Source of the DNA: Escherichia coli
Lineage (GTDB): Bacteria > Pseudomonadota > Gammaproteobacteria > Enterobacterales > Enterobacteriaceae
Assembly (NCBI RefSeq): GCF_003334335.1
Contig: NZ_QOWQ01000031.1
Direction: 5' to 3' (one strand)
DNA length: 59,951 nt
Shown here: piece after piece, positions 45,869 to 59,951 of the stretch
Layout of the letters: every line of letters starts with the position of its first letter
How positions within the stretch are numbered: position 1 is the first letter of the stretch
Position numbers and translations under genes: made by a program
Notes under the pieces: model-generated
Seen by the model: the letters and a program-made list of their open reading frames with translations, nothing else
What the model was told of the DNA's origin: nothing
Databases searched by the model: none

Positions 45869-47383
45869 ATGAGTTTTTCCGTTGATGTGCTGGCGAATAT
45901 CGCCATCGAATTGCAGCGTGGGATTGGTCACCAGGATCGTTTTCAGCGCCTGATCACCACGCTACGTCAGGTGCTGGAGTGCGATGCGTCTGCGTTGCTA
46001 CGTTACGATTCGCGGCAGTTTATTCCGCTTGCCATCGACGGTCTGGCAAAGGATGTACTCGGTAGACGCTTTGCGCTGGAAGGGCATCCACGGCTGGAAG
46101 CGATTGCCCGCGCCGGGGATGTGGTGCGCTTTCCCGCAGACAGCGAATTGCCCGATCCCTATGACGGTTTGATTCCTGGGCAGGAGAGTCTGAAGGTTCA
46201 CGCCTGCGTTGGTCTGCCATTGTTTGCCGGGCAAAACCTGATCGGCGCACTGACGCTCGACGGGATGCAGCCCGATCAGTTCGATGTTTTCAGCGACGAA
46301 GAGCTACGGCTGATTGCTGCGCTGGCGGCGGGAGCGTTAAGCAATGCGTTGCTGATTGAACAACTGGAAAGCCAGAATATGCTGCCAGGCGATGCCACGC
46401 CGTTTGAAGCGGTGAAACAGACGCAGATGATTGGCTTGTCCCCTGGCATGACGCAACTGAAAAAAGAGATTGAGATTGTGGCGGCGTCCGATCTCAACGT
46501 CCTGATCAGCGGTGAGACTGGAACCGGTAAGGAGCTGGTGGCGAAAGCGATTCATGAAGCCTCGCCACGGGCGGTGAATCCGCTGGTCTATCTCAACTGT
46601 GCTGCACTGCCGGAAAGTGTGGCGGAAAGTGAGTTGTTCGGGCATGTGAAAGGAGCGTTTACTGGCGCTATCAGTAATCGCAGCGGGAAGTTTGAAATGG
46701 CGGATAACGGCACGCTGTTTCTGGATGAGATCGGCGAGTTGTCGTTGGCATTGCAGGCCAAGCTGCTGAGGGTGTTGCAGTATGGCGATATTCAGCGCGT
46801 TGGCGATGACCGTTGTTTGCGGGTCGATGTGCGCGTGCTGGCGGCGACTAACCGCGATTTACGCGAAGAGGTGCTGGCAGGGCGATTCCGCGCCGATTTG
46901 TTTCATCGCCTGAGCGTGTTTCCACTTTCGGTGCCGCCGCTGCGTGAGCGGGGCGATGATGTCATTCTGCTGGCGGGGTATTTCTGCGAGCAGTGTCGTT
47001 TGCGGCAGGGGCTCTCCCGCGTGGTATTAAGTGCCGGAGCGCGAAATTTACTGCAACACTACAGTTTTCCGGGAAACGTGCGCGAACTGGAACATGCTAT
47101 TCATCGGGCGGTAGTTCTGGCGAGAGCCACCCGCAGCGGCGATGAAGTGATTCTTGAGGCGCAACATTTTGCTTTTCCTGAGGTGACGTTGCCGACGCCA
47201 GAAGTGGCGGCGGTGCCCGTTGTTAAGCAAAACCTGCGTGAAGCGACAGAAGCGTTCCAGCGTGAAACTATTCGTCAGGCACTGGCACAAAATCATCACA
47301 ACTGGGCTGCCTGCGCGCGGATGCTGGAAACCGACGTCGCCAACCTGCATCGGCTGGCGAAACGTCTGGGATTGAAGGATTAA
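45869..47383 (+). CDS. norR: Nitric-oxide-responsive sigma54-dependent activator NorR
   Basis: Start trimmed to [12 protein letters not shown] (504 aa); GAF domain, AAA+ GETGTGKE and GAFTGA motifs, C-terminal HTH. Confidence 0.9.
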   Translation: MSFSVDVLANIAIELQRGIGHQDRFQRLITTLRQVLECDASALLRYDSRQFIPLAIDGLAKDVLGRRFALEGHPRLEAIARAGDVVRFPADSELPDPYDGLIPGQESLKVHACVGLPLFAGQNLIGALTLDGMQPDQFDVFSDEELRLIAALAAGALSNALLIEQLESQNMLPGDATPFEAVKQTQMIGLSPGMTQLKKEIEIVAASDLNVLISGETGTGKELVAKAIHEASPRAVNPLVYLNCAALPESVAESELFGHVKGAFTGAISNRSGKFEMADNGTLFLDEIGELSLALQAKLLRVLQYGDIQRVGDDRCLRVDVRVLAATNRDLREEVLAGRFRADLFHRLSVFPLSVPPLRERGDDVILLAGYFCEQCRLRQGLSRVVLSAGARNLLQHYSFPGNVRELEHAIHRAVVLARATRSGDEVILEAQHFAFPEVTLPTPEVAAVPVVKQNLREATEAFQRETIRQALAQNHHNWAACARMLETDVANLHRLAKRLGLKD

Positions 47384-48345
47384 ATAATCCCGGCCTGATA
47401 GAAATCCTGCAGGTTTATTGCGCCGGTGAGTTTGCCGTTTTCATCCACCACCGGTGCGGCAGTGATTTTGCGCTTCATCAGGATCTCTTTGGCGTCGATG
47501 GCGCGACTTTGCGATTGCAACGTGGTGCCGCCGACCGTCATCGCTTCATTGACTGGCGTGGTGAGTGCGCCGCCGCCAACCAGCCAGCGACGTAAATCGC
47601 CGTCGGTAAAGACGCCTTGTACCTGTTGTTGAGCGTCACATACCGCCACCAGCCCCAGACCGGTGCGGCTGAGTTCCAGCATCGCATCCATCACGCTGGC
47701 GGTTAACGCCACCTGTGGGATGGCATCGTCACGGCGCATCAGATGATGCACTTTATTCAGCAAGCGAGCGCCCAGTGCCCCGGCTGGGTGGGAGCGGGCA
47801 AAATCTTCTTCATTAAATCCGCGCGCCTGCATGACCGCCATCGCCAGCGCGTCACCCATCATCAGGGTATTGACGGTGCTGGAGGTCGGCGCAAGGTGCA
47901 TCGGGCAGGCTTCGCGTTCTACGGAGATATCCAGCACCGCTTTTGCCGCCAGGCCCAGCGGTGACGTCGGTTTGCCGGTCATCGCCAGCAGCGCGATAGA
48001 TTTATCTTCCAGACGCGGAATAATCAGATCCAGTTCCTTCGCGCCACCGGAGTAAGAGATAAACAGCATCACATCGCGGCTTTCGATCATCCCCAGATCG
48101 CCGTGCAGCGCTTCTGCCGGATGGACAAAAAAAGCCGGAGTGCCGGTACTGGCAAGCGTTGCGGCGATTTTCTTACCAATGTGGCCCGATTTGCCAATTC
48201 CCGAAACCACCACTTTGCCTTCACAGTGCAGGATGATATTGGCGGCGCGAACAAAATCATCGCCCAGACGTTCCGGTAAACGGCTTGCTTCCTGCAACTC
48301 CAGCATTAACGTCTGACGTCCCGCGTTCAGTAGTGCTTCACTCAT
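47380..48345 (-). CDS. gutQ: D-arabinose 5-phosphate isomerase (SIS + CBS domains)
   Basis: 321-aa ORF; last gene of the srl/gut operon. Confidence 0.88.
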
Positions 48346-49111
48346 TGCTCTCTCCGGTTATGATCACATCGATCCCTTTCTCTTCCAGCGCCTGACGAAA
48401 CGCCGGATCGATACCTGCGTCGGTAATCAGCTTATCGACGCTTTCAAGACTGCAAACTACGTTGGGGCTTTTACGGCCAAACTTTGATGAGTCCGCCATC
48501 AAAATCACTTCGCGCGCGGCATTGCACATTGCCTTACTGACGGTATAAACCTCGTTAAAGGTGGTTACGCCCGCATTGAGATCGATGCCGTCGGTGCCCA
48601 TAAACAATTTATCGAAGGTGAAATGCTCGAAGGCATTCTCTGCCAGTTGCCCGTGAAATGAGGCCGATTTTTTGCGAAACGTTCCGCCTGGCATCAGGAT
48701 AGTTTGTTCGTTATCCAGTTCGGATAGCGCATTGACGATATGCAGGCTGTTGGTCATCACCGTGATGTTATTAAAGCGCGAGAGCAGGGGAACCATCTGC
48801 AAAACGGTACTGCCAGCATCAAGAATGATCGAATCGCCATCATGGATAAAACTAACGGCAGCTTCTGCAATCAGCTCTTTCTTGTGGGTGTTGATGAGTG
48901 TTTTATGATCGATAGGCGGATCGGATTCCTCTTTATTCAACACCACTCCGCCATAAGTACGAATGACGGTTCCGGCATGTTCCAGAATGACCAGATCTTT
49001 GCGAATGGTTGTGCCTGTGGTGTCAAAGTATTGCGCCAATTCTTCAACCGAGCATTTACCCTGCTTTTGCAGATACTCCAGAATGGCGGCCTGACGCTGA
49101 CGAGGTTTCAT
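48338..49111 (-). CDS. srlR: Glucitol operon repressor (DeoR family)
   Basis: 257-aa ORF with N-terminal HTH. Confidence 0.88.
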
Positions 49112-49177
49112 GGGCGTGATTACCTGATTTAGGTTTCAAAATGATAACTTCGCAAGCAAGTAACATTCACAACGAAA

Positions 49178-49537
49178 TTATCCACGTTTCAGTTTAAGCG
49201 CCAATGATAGAGCATTCTGTGATAGTGGATCATGGGGAAAGATCACATCGGGCTGTAAATCACCCGCATGCATACCGGTAATTGCGGGAATTTTTTGCGG
49301 TCGGGCGAAGACGGTCAGTCCTTTCATAAACAAGGTGTCGACGATGCGCTGCTGATCGTCCAGCGCGATGGCGACCACGACCCGCGGTTTAAAGCGCCCG
49401 CTGGAACGGCCCACGCCAACCCGCCCTTGCTGGCATAGTGTGTCGAAGGCACGGTTAAAACGAGAAATTTGCCAGCCGCCTAAGGCCAGTTGCGCACACC
49501 AGGCGATAACGGCGACGGTGATGAGTGCGGATACCAT
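49178..49537 (-). CDS. gutM: Glucitol operon activator GutM
   Basis: 119-aa ORF with N-terminal hydrophobic segment. Confidence 0.82.
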   Translation of the reverse strand: MVSALITVAVIAWCAQLALGGWQISRFNRAFDTLCQQGRVGVGRSSGRFKPRVVVAIALDDQQRIVDTLFMKGLTVFARPQKIPAITGMHAGDLQPDVIFPHDPLSQNALSLALKLKRG

Positions 49538-49641
49538 AACTTTTCCTTAATGTAGTGGCGGAAGTCCTGTATGCCTGATGAGCGTAGCGCATCAGGCATT
49601 CTATAGTCTCACGGAGATCCTTAATGGATCTCCGCTGTTGA

Positions 49642-50796
<1,155 letters not shown>

Positions 50797-50806
50797 GTTT
50801 CAGCCT

Positions 50807-52344
<1,538 letters not shown>

Positions 52345-52581
52345 TTATTGTTTTATTACCAAACGGCAACCTAATCTAATCAGATTGAAAGATTTAAAAG
52401 TGTTATTTTGATCGCAAAATGAAAGATAAATATTTTAATTTGAAAGTTTGAATAAAAGGATAGCGAGGGGAATGAGTTGAGTTATGTAAAGTCCGTATCG
52501 GGCAGTGACTACCGCTTCCTTGTGCGGGGCGTGATGCTTTACCATACTTGCCCCTGGTTGAATCTGTTAAATGGACCCCTC

Positions 52582-53667
52582 ATGTTCAAGCGTCGTTATG
52601 TAACATTGCTTCCCCTTTTTGTGTTGCTTGCCGCCTGTAGCAGCAAGCCAAAACCTACTGAGACTGATACGACCACCGGAACGCCGTCTGGCGGCTTCCT
52701 GCTTGAGCCGCAGCACAATGTGATGCAGATGGGCGGCGATTTCGCTAATAACCCGAATGCCCAGCAGTTCATCGACAAAATGGTGAACAAACACGGTTTC
52801 GATCGTCAGCAGTTGCAGGAAATTCTCTCCCAGGCGAAGCGTCTGGATTCGGTACTGCGGCTGATGGATAACCAGGCACCAACCACATCGGTGAAACCGC
52901 CATCAGGTCCGAACGGCGCATGGCTCCGTTATCGCAAAAAATTTATTACGCCGGACAACGTGCAGAACGGTGTGGTTTTCTGGAATCAGTATGAAGATGC
53001 GTTGAATCGCGCGTGGCAGGTGTATGGAGTACCGCCGGAAATTATCGTCGGGATTATCGGCGTTGAAACCCGCTGGGGGCGCGTGATGGGGAAAACTCGC
53101 ATCCTCGATGCGCTGGCAACGCTGTCATTTAACTACCCACGCCGCGCGGAGTATTTCTCTGGCGAGCTGGAAACCTTCCTGTTGATGGCGCGCGACGAGC
53201 AGGACGATCCGCTCAATCTGAAAGGTTCCTTTGCCGGGGCGATGGGCTACGGACAGTTTATGCCGTCGTCTTACAAACAATATGCGGTAGATTTCAGCGG
53301 CGACGGGCATATCAACCTGTGGGATCCGGTTGATGCGATCGGTAGCGTGGCGAACTATTTCAAAGCGCACGGCTGGGTGAAAGGCGATCAGGTCGCGGTA
53401 ATGGCAAACGGTCAGGCTCCAGGCTTGCCAAATGGCTTCAAAACTAAGTACAGCATTTCGCAGCTTGCCGCCGCAGGTTTAACGCCACAGCAGCCGCTGG
53501 GCAACCATCAACAAGCCAGCCTGCTGCGTCTGGATGTTGGCACCGGCTACCAGTACTGGTACGGTCTGCCGAACTTCTACACCATCACCCGTTACAACCA
53601 CAGCACCCATTACGCAATGGCGGTCTGGCAGTTAGGACAAGCCGTGGCGCTGGCGCGAGTACAGTAG
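52582..53667 (+). CDS. mltB: Membrane-bound lytic murein transglycosylase B
   Basis: Start trimmed to MFKRRYVTLLPLFVLLAACSS (361 aa) with lipoprotein signal. Confidence 0.88.
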   Translation: MFKRRYVTLLPLFVLLAACSSKPKPTETDTTTGTPSGGFLLEPQHNVMQMGGDFANNPNAQQFIDKMVNKHGFDRQQLQEILSQAKRLDSVLRLMDNQAPTTSVKPPSGPNGAWLRYRKKFITPDNVQNGVVFWNQYEDALNRAWQVYGVPPEIIVGIIGVETRWGRVMGKTRILDALATLSFNYPRRAEYFSGELETFLLMARDEQDDPLNLKGSFAGAMGYGQFMPSSYKQYAVDFSGDGHINLWDPVDAIGSVANYFKAHGWVKGDQVAVMANGQAPGLPNGFKTKYSISQLAAAGLTPQQPLGNHQQASLLRLDVGTGYQYWYGLPNFYTITRYNHSTHYAMAVWQLGQAVALARVQ

Positions 53668-53811
53668 CTATTTACAAGAGGGGGGCGTGAGCTTCCCTCT
53701 GGCTAATCAGCTTTTTTCTGAATCCTCCTCGTAAAATTGCAACGCCAACACCATCTTCCTGACGAAAGTGCTATCTTGTCCGGCATAAATTTTTGACTGA
53801 CAGAGGTTGTG

Positions 53812-54309
53812 ATGACTGACAGTGAACTGATGCAGTTAAGTGAACAGGTTGGGCAGGCGCTGAAAGCCCGTGGCGCAACCGTAACAACTGCCGAGTCTTG
53901 TACCGGTGGTTGGGTAGCGAAAGTGATTACCGATATTGCCGGTAGCTCCGCCTGGTTTGAACGCGGATTTGTCACCTACAGTAACGAAGCCAAAGCGCAG
54001 ATGATCGGCGTACGCGAAGAGACGCTGGCGCAGCATGGCGCGGTGAGTGAACCCGTCGTGGTGGAAATGGCGATAGGCGCACTGAAAGCGGCTCGTGCTG
54101 ATTATGCCGTGTCTATTAGTGGTATCGCCGGGCCGGATGGCGGCAGTGAAGAGAAGCCTGTCGGCACCGTCTGGTTTGCTTTTGCCACTGCCCGCGGTGA
54201 AGGCATTACCCGGCGGGAATGCTTCAGCGGCGACCGTGATGCGGTGCGTCGTCAGGCTACTGCGTATGCATTGCAGACCTTGTGGCAACAATTTCTACAA
54301 AACACTTGA
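53812..54309 (+). CDS. pncC: NMN amidohydrolase (CinA C-terminal-domain protein)
   Basis: 165-aa ORF immediately upstream of recA. Confidence 0.85.
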   Translation: MTDSELMQLSEQVGQALKARGATVTTAESCTGGWVAKVITDIAGSSAWFERGFVTYSNEAKAQMIGVREETLAQHGAVSEPVVVEMAIGALKAARADYAVSISGIAGPDGGSEEKPVGTVWFAFATARGEGITRRECFSGDRDAVRRQATAYALQTLWQQFLQNT

Positions 54310-55450
<1,141 letters not shown>

Positions 55451-55518
55451 TCGTCTTGTTTGATACACAAGGGTCGCATCTGCGGCCCTTTTGCTTTTTT
55501 AAGTTGTAAGGATATGCC

Positions 55519-56019
55519 ATGACAGAATCAACATCCCGTCGCCCGGCATATGCTCGCCTGTTGGATCGTGCGGTACGCATTCTGGCGGTGCGCGATCACA
55601 GTGAGCAAGAACTGCGACGTAAACTCGCGGCACCGATTATGGGCAAAAATGGCCCAGAAGAGATTGATGCTACGGCAGAAGATTACGAGCGCGTTATTGC
55701 CTGGTGCCATGAACATGGCTATCTCGATGACAGCCGATTTGTTGCGCGCTTTATCGCCAGCCGTAGCCGCAAAGGTTATGGACCTGCGCGTATTCGCCAG
55801 GAACTGAATCAGAAAGGTATTTCCCGCGAAGCGACAGAAAAAGCGATGCGTGAATGTGACATCGACTGGTGCGCACTGGCGCGCGATCAGGCGACGCGAA
55901 AATATGGCGAACCTTTGCCAACTGTCTTTTCAGAAAAAGTTAAGATCCAGCGTTTTCTGCTCTATCGTGGCTATCTGATGGAAGATATCCAGGAGATTTG
56001 GCGAAATTTTGCCGACTGA
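55519..56019 (+). CDS. recX: RecA regulator RecX
   Basis: 166-aa ORF directly downstream of recA. Confidence 0.9.
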   Translation: MTESTSRRPAYARLLDRAVRILAVRDHSEQELRRKLAAPIMGKNGPEEIDATAEDYERVIAWCHEHGYLDDSRFVARFIASRSRKGYGPARIRQELNQKGISREATEKAMRECDIDWCALARDQATRKYGEPLPTVFSEKVKIQRFLLYRGYLMEDIQEIWRNFAD

Positions 56020-56146
56020 ACGCATACGGTATTTTACTTCCCAGTCAAGAAAACTTATCTTATTCCCACTTTTCAGTTACCAGCCCGGCGGTTAAGACAC
56101 GCTGGAGCTGGTGGCGATATTTCGTTAGCTTGATTTCAGGATAATT

Positions 56147-58777
56147 ATGAGCAAGAGCACCGCTGAGATCCGTCAGGCGTTTCTCGACTTTTTCCATAGT
56201 AAGGGACATCAGGTAGTTGCCAGCAGCTCCCTGGTACCCCATAACGACCCAACTTTGTTGTTTACCAACGCCGGGATGAACCAGTTCAAGGATGTGTTCC
56301 TTGGGCTCGACAAGCGTAATTATTCCCGCGCTACCACTTCCCAACGCTGCGTGCGTGCGGGTGGTAAACACAACGACCTGGAAAACGTCGGTTACACCGC
56401 GCGTCACCATACCTTCTTCGAAATGCTGGGCAACTTCAGCTTCGGCGACTATTTCAAACACGATGCCATTCAGTTTGCATGGGAACTGCTGACCAGCGAA
56501 AAATGGTTTGCCCTGCCGAAAGAGCGTCTGTGGGTTACCGTCTATGAAAGCGACGACGAAGCCTACGAAATCTGGGAAAAAGAAGTAGGGATCCCGCGCG
56601 AACGTATTATTCGCATCGGCGATAACAAAGGTGCGCCATACGCATCTGACAACTTCTGGCAGATGGGTGACACTGGTCCGTGCGGCCCGTGCACCGAAAT
56701 CTTCTACGATCACGGCGACCACATTTGGGGGGGCCCTCCGGGAAGCCCGGAAGAAGACGGCGACCGCTACATTGAGATCTGGAACATCGTCTTCATGCAG
56801 TTCAACCGCCAGGCCGATGGCACGATGGAACCGCTGCCGAAGCCGTCTGTAGATACCGGTATGGGTCTGGAGCGTATTGCTGCGGTGCTGCAACACGTTA
56901 ACTCTAACTATGACATCGACCTGTTCCGCACGCTGATCCAGGCGGTAGCGAAAGTCACTGGCGCAACCGATCTGAGCAATAAATCGCTGCGCGTAATCGC
57001 TGACCACATTCGTTCTTGTGCGTTCCTGATCGCGGATGGCGTAATGCCGTCCAATGAAAACCGTGGTTATGTACTGCGTCGTATCATTCGTCGCGCAGTG
57101 CGTCACGGTAATATGCTCGGCGCGAAAGAAACCTTCTTCTACAAACTGGTTGGTCCGCTGATCGACGTTATGGGCTCTGCGGGTGAAGACCTGAAACGCC
57201 AGCAGGCGCAGGTTGAGCAGGTGCTGAAGACTGAAGAAGAGCAGTTTGCTCGTACTCTGGAGCGCGGTCTGGCGTTGCTGGATGAAGAGCTGGCAAAACT
57301 TTCTGGTGATACGCTGGATGGTGAAACTGCTTTCCGTCTGTACGACACCTATGGCTTCCCGGTTGACCTGACGGCTGATGTTTGTCGTGAGCGCAACATC
57401 AAAGTTGACGAAGCTGGTTTTGAAGCTGCAATGGAAGAGCAGCGTCGTCGCGCGCGCGAAGCCAGCGGCTTTGGTGCCGATTACAACGCAATGATCCGTG
57501 TTGACAGTGCATCTGAATTTAAAGGCTATGACCATCTGGAACTGAACGGCAAAGTGACTGCGCTGTTTGTTGATGGTAAAGCGGTTGATGCCATCAATGC
57601 AGGCCAGGAAGCTGTGGTCGTGCTGGATCAAACGCCATTCTATGCGGAATCCGGCGGTCAGGTTGGCGATAAAGGCGAACTGAAAGGCGCTAACTTCTCC
57701 TTTGCGGTGGAAGATACGCAGAAATACGGCCAGGCGATTGGTCACATCGGTAAACTTGCTGCGGGTTCTCTGAAAGTGGGCGACGCGGTGCAGGCTGATG
57801 TTGATGAGGCTCGTCGCGCCCGTATTCGTCTGAATCACTCCGCAACGCACCTGATGCACGCTGCGCTGCGCCAGGTTCTGGGTACTCATGTATCGCAGAA
57901 AGGTTCACTGGTTAACGACAAGGTGCTGCGCTTCGACTTCTCACACAACGAAGCGATGAAACCAGAAGAGATTCGTGCGGTCGAAGACCTGGTGAACACA
58001 CAGATTCGTCGCAATTTGCCGATCGAAACCAACATCATGGATCTCGAAGCGGCGAAAGCGAAAGGTGCGATGGCGCTGTTCGGCGAGAAGTATGATGAGC
58101 GCGTACGCGTGCTGAGCATGGGCGATTTCTCTACCGAGTTGTGTGGCGGTACTCACGCCAGCCGCACTGGTGATATTGGTCTGTTCCGCATCATCTCTGA
58201 ATCGGGTACTGCTGCAGGCGTTCGTCGTATCGAAGCGGTAACCGGAGAAGGTGCTATCGCCACCGTTCATGCAGACAGCGATCGCTTAAGCGAAGTCGCG
58301 CATCTGCTGAAAGGCGATAGCAATAATCTGGCTGATAAAGTGCGCTCAGTACTGGAACGTACGCGTCAGCTGGAAAAAGAGTTACAACAGCTTAAAGAAC
58401 AAGCTGCCGCACAGGAGAGCGCAAATCTTTCCAGTAAGGCAATTGATGTTAATGGTGTTAAGCTGTTGGTTAGCGAGCTTAGCGGTGTTGAGCCGAAAAT
58501 GTTGCGTACCATGGTTGACGATTTAAAAAATCAGCTGGGGTCGACAATTATCGTGCTGGCAACGGTAGTCGAAGGTAAGGTTTCTCTGATTGCAGGCGTA
58601 TCTAAGGACGTCACAGATCGTGTGAAAGCAGGGGAACTGATTGGTATGGTCGCTCAGCAGGTGGGCGGCAAGGGTGGTGGACGTCCTGACATGGCGCAAG
58701 CCGGTGGTACGGATGCTGCGGCCTTACCTGCAGCGTTAGCCAGTGTGAAAGGCTGGGTCAGCGCGAAATTGCAATAA
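56147..58777 (+). CDS. alaS: Alanine--tRNA ligase
   Basis: 876-aa ORF with class II aaRS catalytic, editing and C-terminal domains. Confidence 0.95.
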
Positions 58778-59011
58778 TATAAGCGTCAGGCAATGCCGTG
58801 GACTCGCTTCACGGCATTCGCATTAACGCTATCGACAACGATAAAGTCAGGTTGAAGTTGTGTATATCGGCTAAACTTAGGTTTAACAGAATGTAATGCC
58901 ATGACTGCTTAGATGTAATGTGTTTGTCATTGCTTACTTTTTGGCGTTATATGATGGATAATGCCGGGATACAGAGAGACCCGACTCTTTTAATCTTTCA
59001 AGGAGCAAAGA

Positions 59012-59197
59012 ATGCTGATTCTGACTCGTCGAGTTGGTGAGACCCTCATGATTGGGGATGAGGTCACCGTGACAGTTTTAGGGGTAAAGGGCAACCAGGT
59101 ACGTATTGGCGTAAATGCCCCGAAGGAAGTTTCTGTTCACCGTGAAGAGATCTACCAGCGTATCCAGGCTGAAAAATCCCAGCAGTCCAGTTACTAA
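59012..59197 (+). CDS. csrA: Carbon storage regulator CsrA
   Basis: 61-aa ORF: [61 protein letters not shown]. Confidence 0.97.
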
Positions 59198-59512
59198 TCT
59201 TTCCGCGTCTCATCTTTATCGGTGAGACGCACCCTCAAAATTTCTCCTTCACTCTATAGTCTTTTCGCTTTACTCCCGTTCATTCAACTTAAGTCTCCAT
59301 TTTTTTGCATTACTACTATCTGTCAGACCTCCATTCTTCTGTTGATAAAACACTCTTTTTGACGTTTTTACAGACTAATTGAACGTGAAGTGTGCAAACG
59401 ATAAAAGTGTAGGAAAAATTGTTTGACTTATAAGTCTCAGAAAGTAATATGTGCGCCACGCAGCGACGATGAGCGATAAACAAGTTCTTCGAAGCACTCG
59501 TAAGAGGCGTGT

Positions 59513-59605
59513 GGTGAGGTGGCCGAGAGGCTGAAGGCGCTCCCCTGCTAAGGGAGTATGCGGTCAAAAGCTGCATCCGGGGTTCGAATCCCCGCCTCAC
59601 CGCCA
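59513..59605 (+). tRNA. serV: tRNA-Ser (anticodon GCU)
   Basis: GGTGAGG/CCTCACC acceptor stem, long variable arm, T-arm GGTTCGAATCC, 3' GCCA; anticodon loop CTGCTAA. Confidence 0.9.
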
Positions 59606-59608
59606 TTT

Positions 59609-59685
59609 GCATCCGTAGCTCAGCTGGATAGAGTACTCGGCTACGAACCGAGCGGTCGGAGGTTCGAATCCTCCCGGATGCACCA
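59609..59685 (+). tRNA. argV: tRNA-Arg (anticodon ACG)
   Basis: GCATCCG/CGGATGC acceptor stem, anticodon loop CTACGAA, T-arm GGTTCGAATCC, 3' ACCA. Starts 3 bp after tRNA-Ser. Confidence 0.9.
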
Positions 59686-59800
59686 TATTCTACGTACTTT
59701 CAGCGATGAAGGTATGGAAGAGGTGGCGGTAATAACCGCAGGCACCAGGGAGGATAACGTTGCTTTAGCAACGGCCCGAAGGGCGAGCCGCAAGGCGAGT

Positions 59801-59819
59801 AATCCTCCCGGATGCACCA
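59801..59819 (+). repeat. 19-nt direct copy of the tRNA-Arg 3' end (AATCCTCCCGGATGCACCA) in the inter-tRNA spacer
   Basis: Identical to 59667-59685 (T-arm 3' half, acceptor 3' strand and CCA). Confidence 0.85.
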
Positions 59820-59883
59820 TCTCTTACTTGATACGGCTTTAGTAGCGGTATCAAAAAATCTGCAGTAAAGTAAGTTTCCCGAT

Positions 59884-59951
59884 GCATCCGTAGCTCAGCT
59901 GGATAGAGTACTCGGCTACGAACCGAGCGGTCGGAGGTTCGAATCCTCCCG
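59884..59951 (+). tRNA. argY: tRNA-Arg (anticodon ACG), 3' end cut by window edge
   Basis: Identical to the first 68 nt of the tRNA-Arg at 59609. Confidence 0.85.

Overview
This window reads as a contiguous stretch of Escherichia coli core chromosome, in reverse orientation relative to K-12 numbering, and I found no novel or undescribed system in it. Gene order is CRISPR array, iap, cysDNC, ygbE, ftsB, ispDF, truD, surE, pcm, nlpD, rpoS, ygbN-ygbI, pphB, mutS, ygbA, fhlA, hypEDCBA, hycABCDEFGHI, ascBFG, hydN, hypF, norWV, norR, gutQ, the srl/gut operon, mltB, pncC, recA, recX, alaS, csrA, then tRNA-Ser and tRNA-Arg genes. All calls are from reading the sequence and the supplied ORF track; no searches were run, and gene names rest on recognising protein motifs and conserved synteny. 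Two things stand out. First, a type I-E CRISPR array (7 repeats, 6 spacers) sits at the left edge with its leader side cut by the window, so whether cas genes are present cannot be determined. Second, rpoS is disrupted by a perfect 23-bp tandem duplication that shifts the frame after codon 184, predicting a sigma-S that lacks regions 3 and 4. The remaining observations are regulatory sites and repeats: NsrR, NorR, LexA and sigma54 elements, candidate AscG and YgbI operators, REP elements, and a 19-nt copy of the tRNA-Arg 3' end. No integrase, transposase, IS element or prophage gene was seen.
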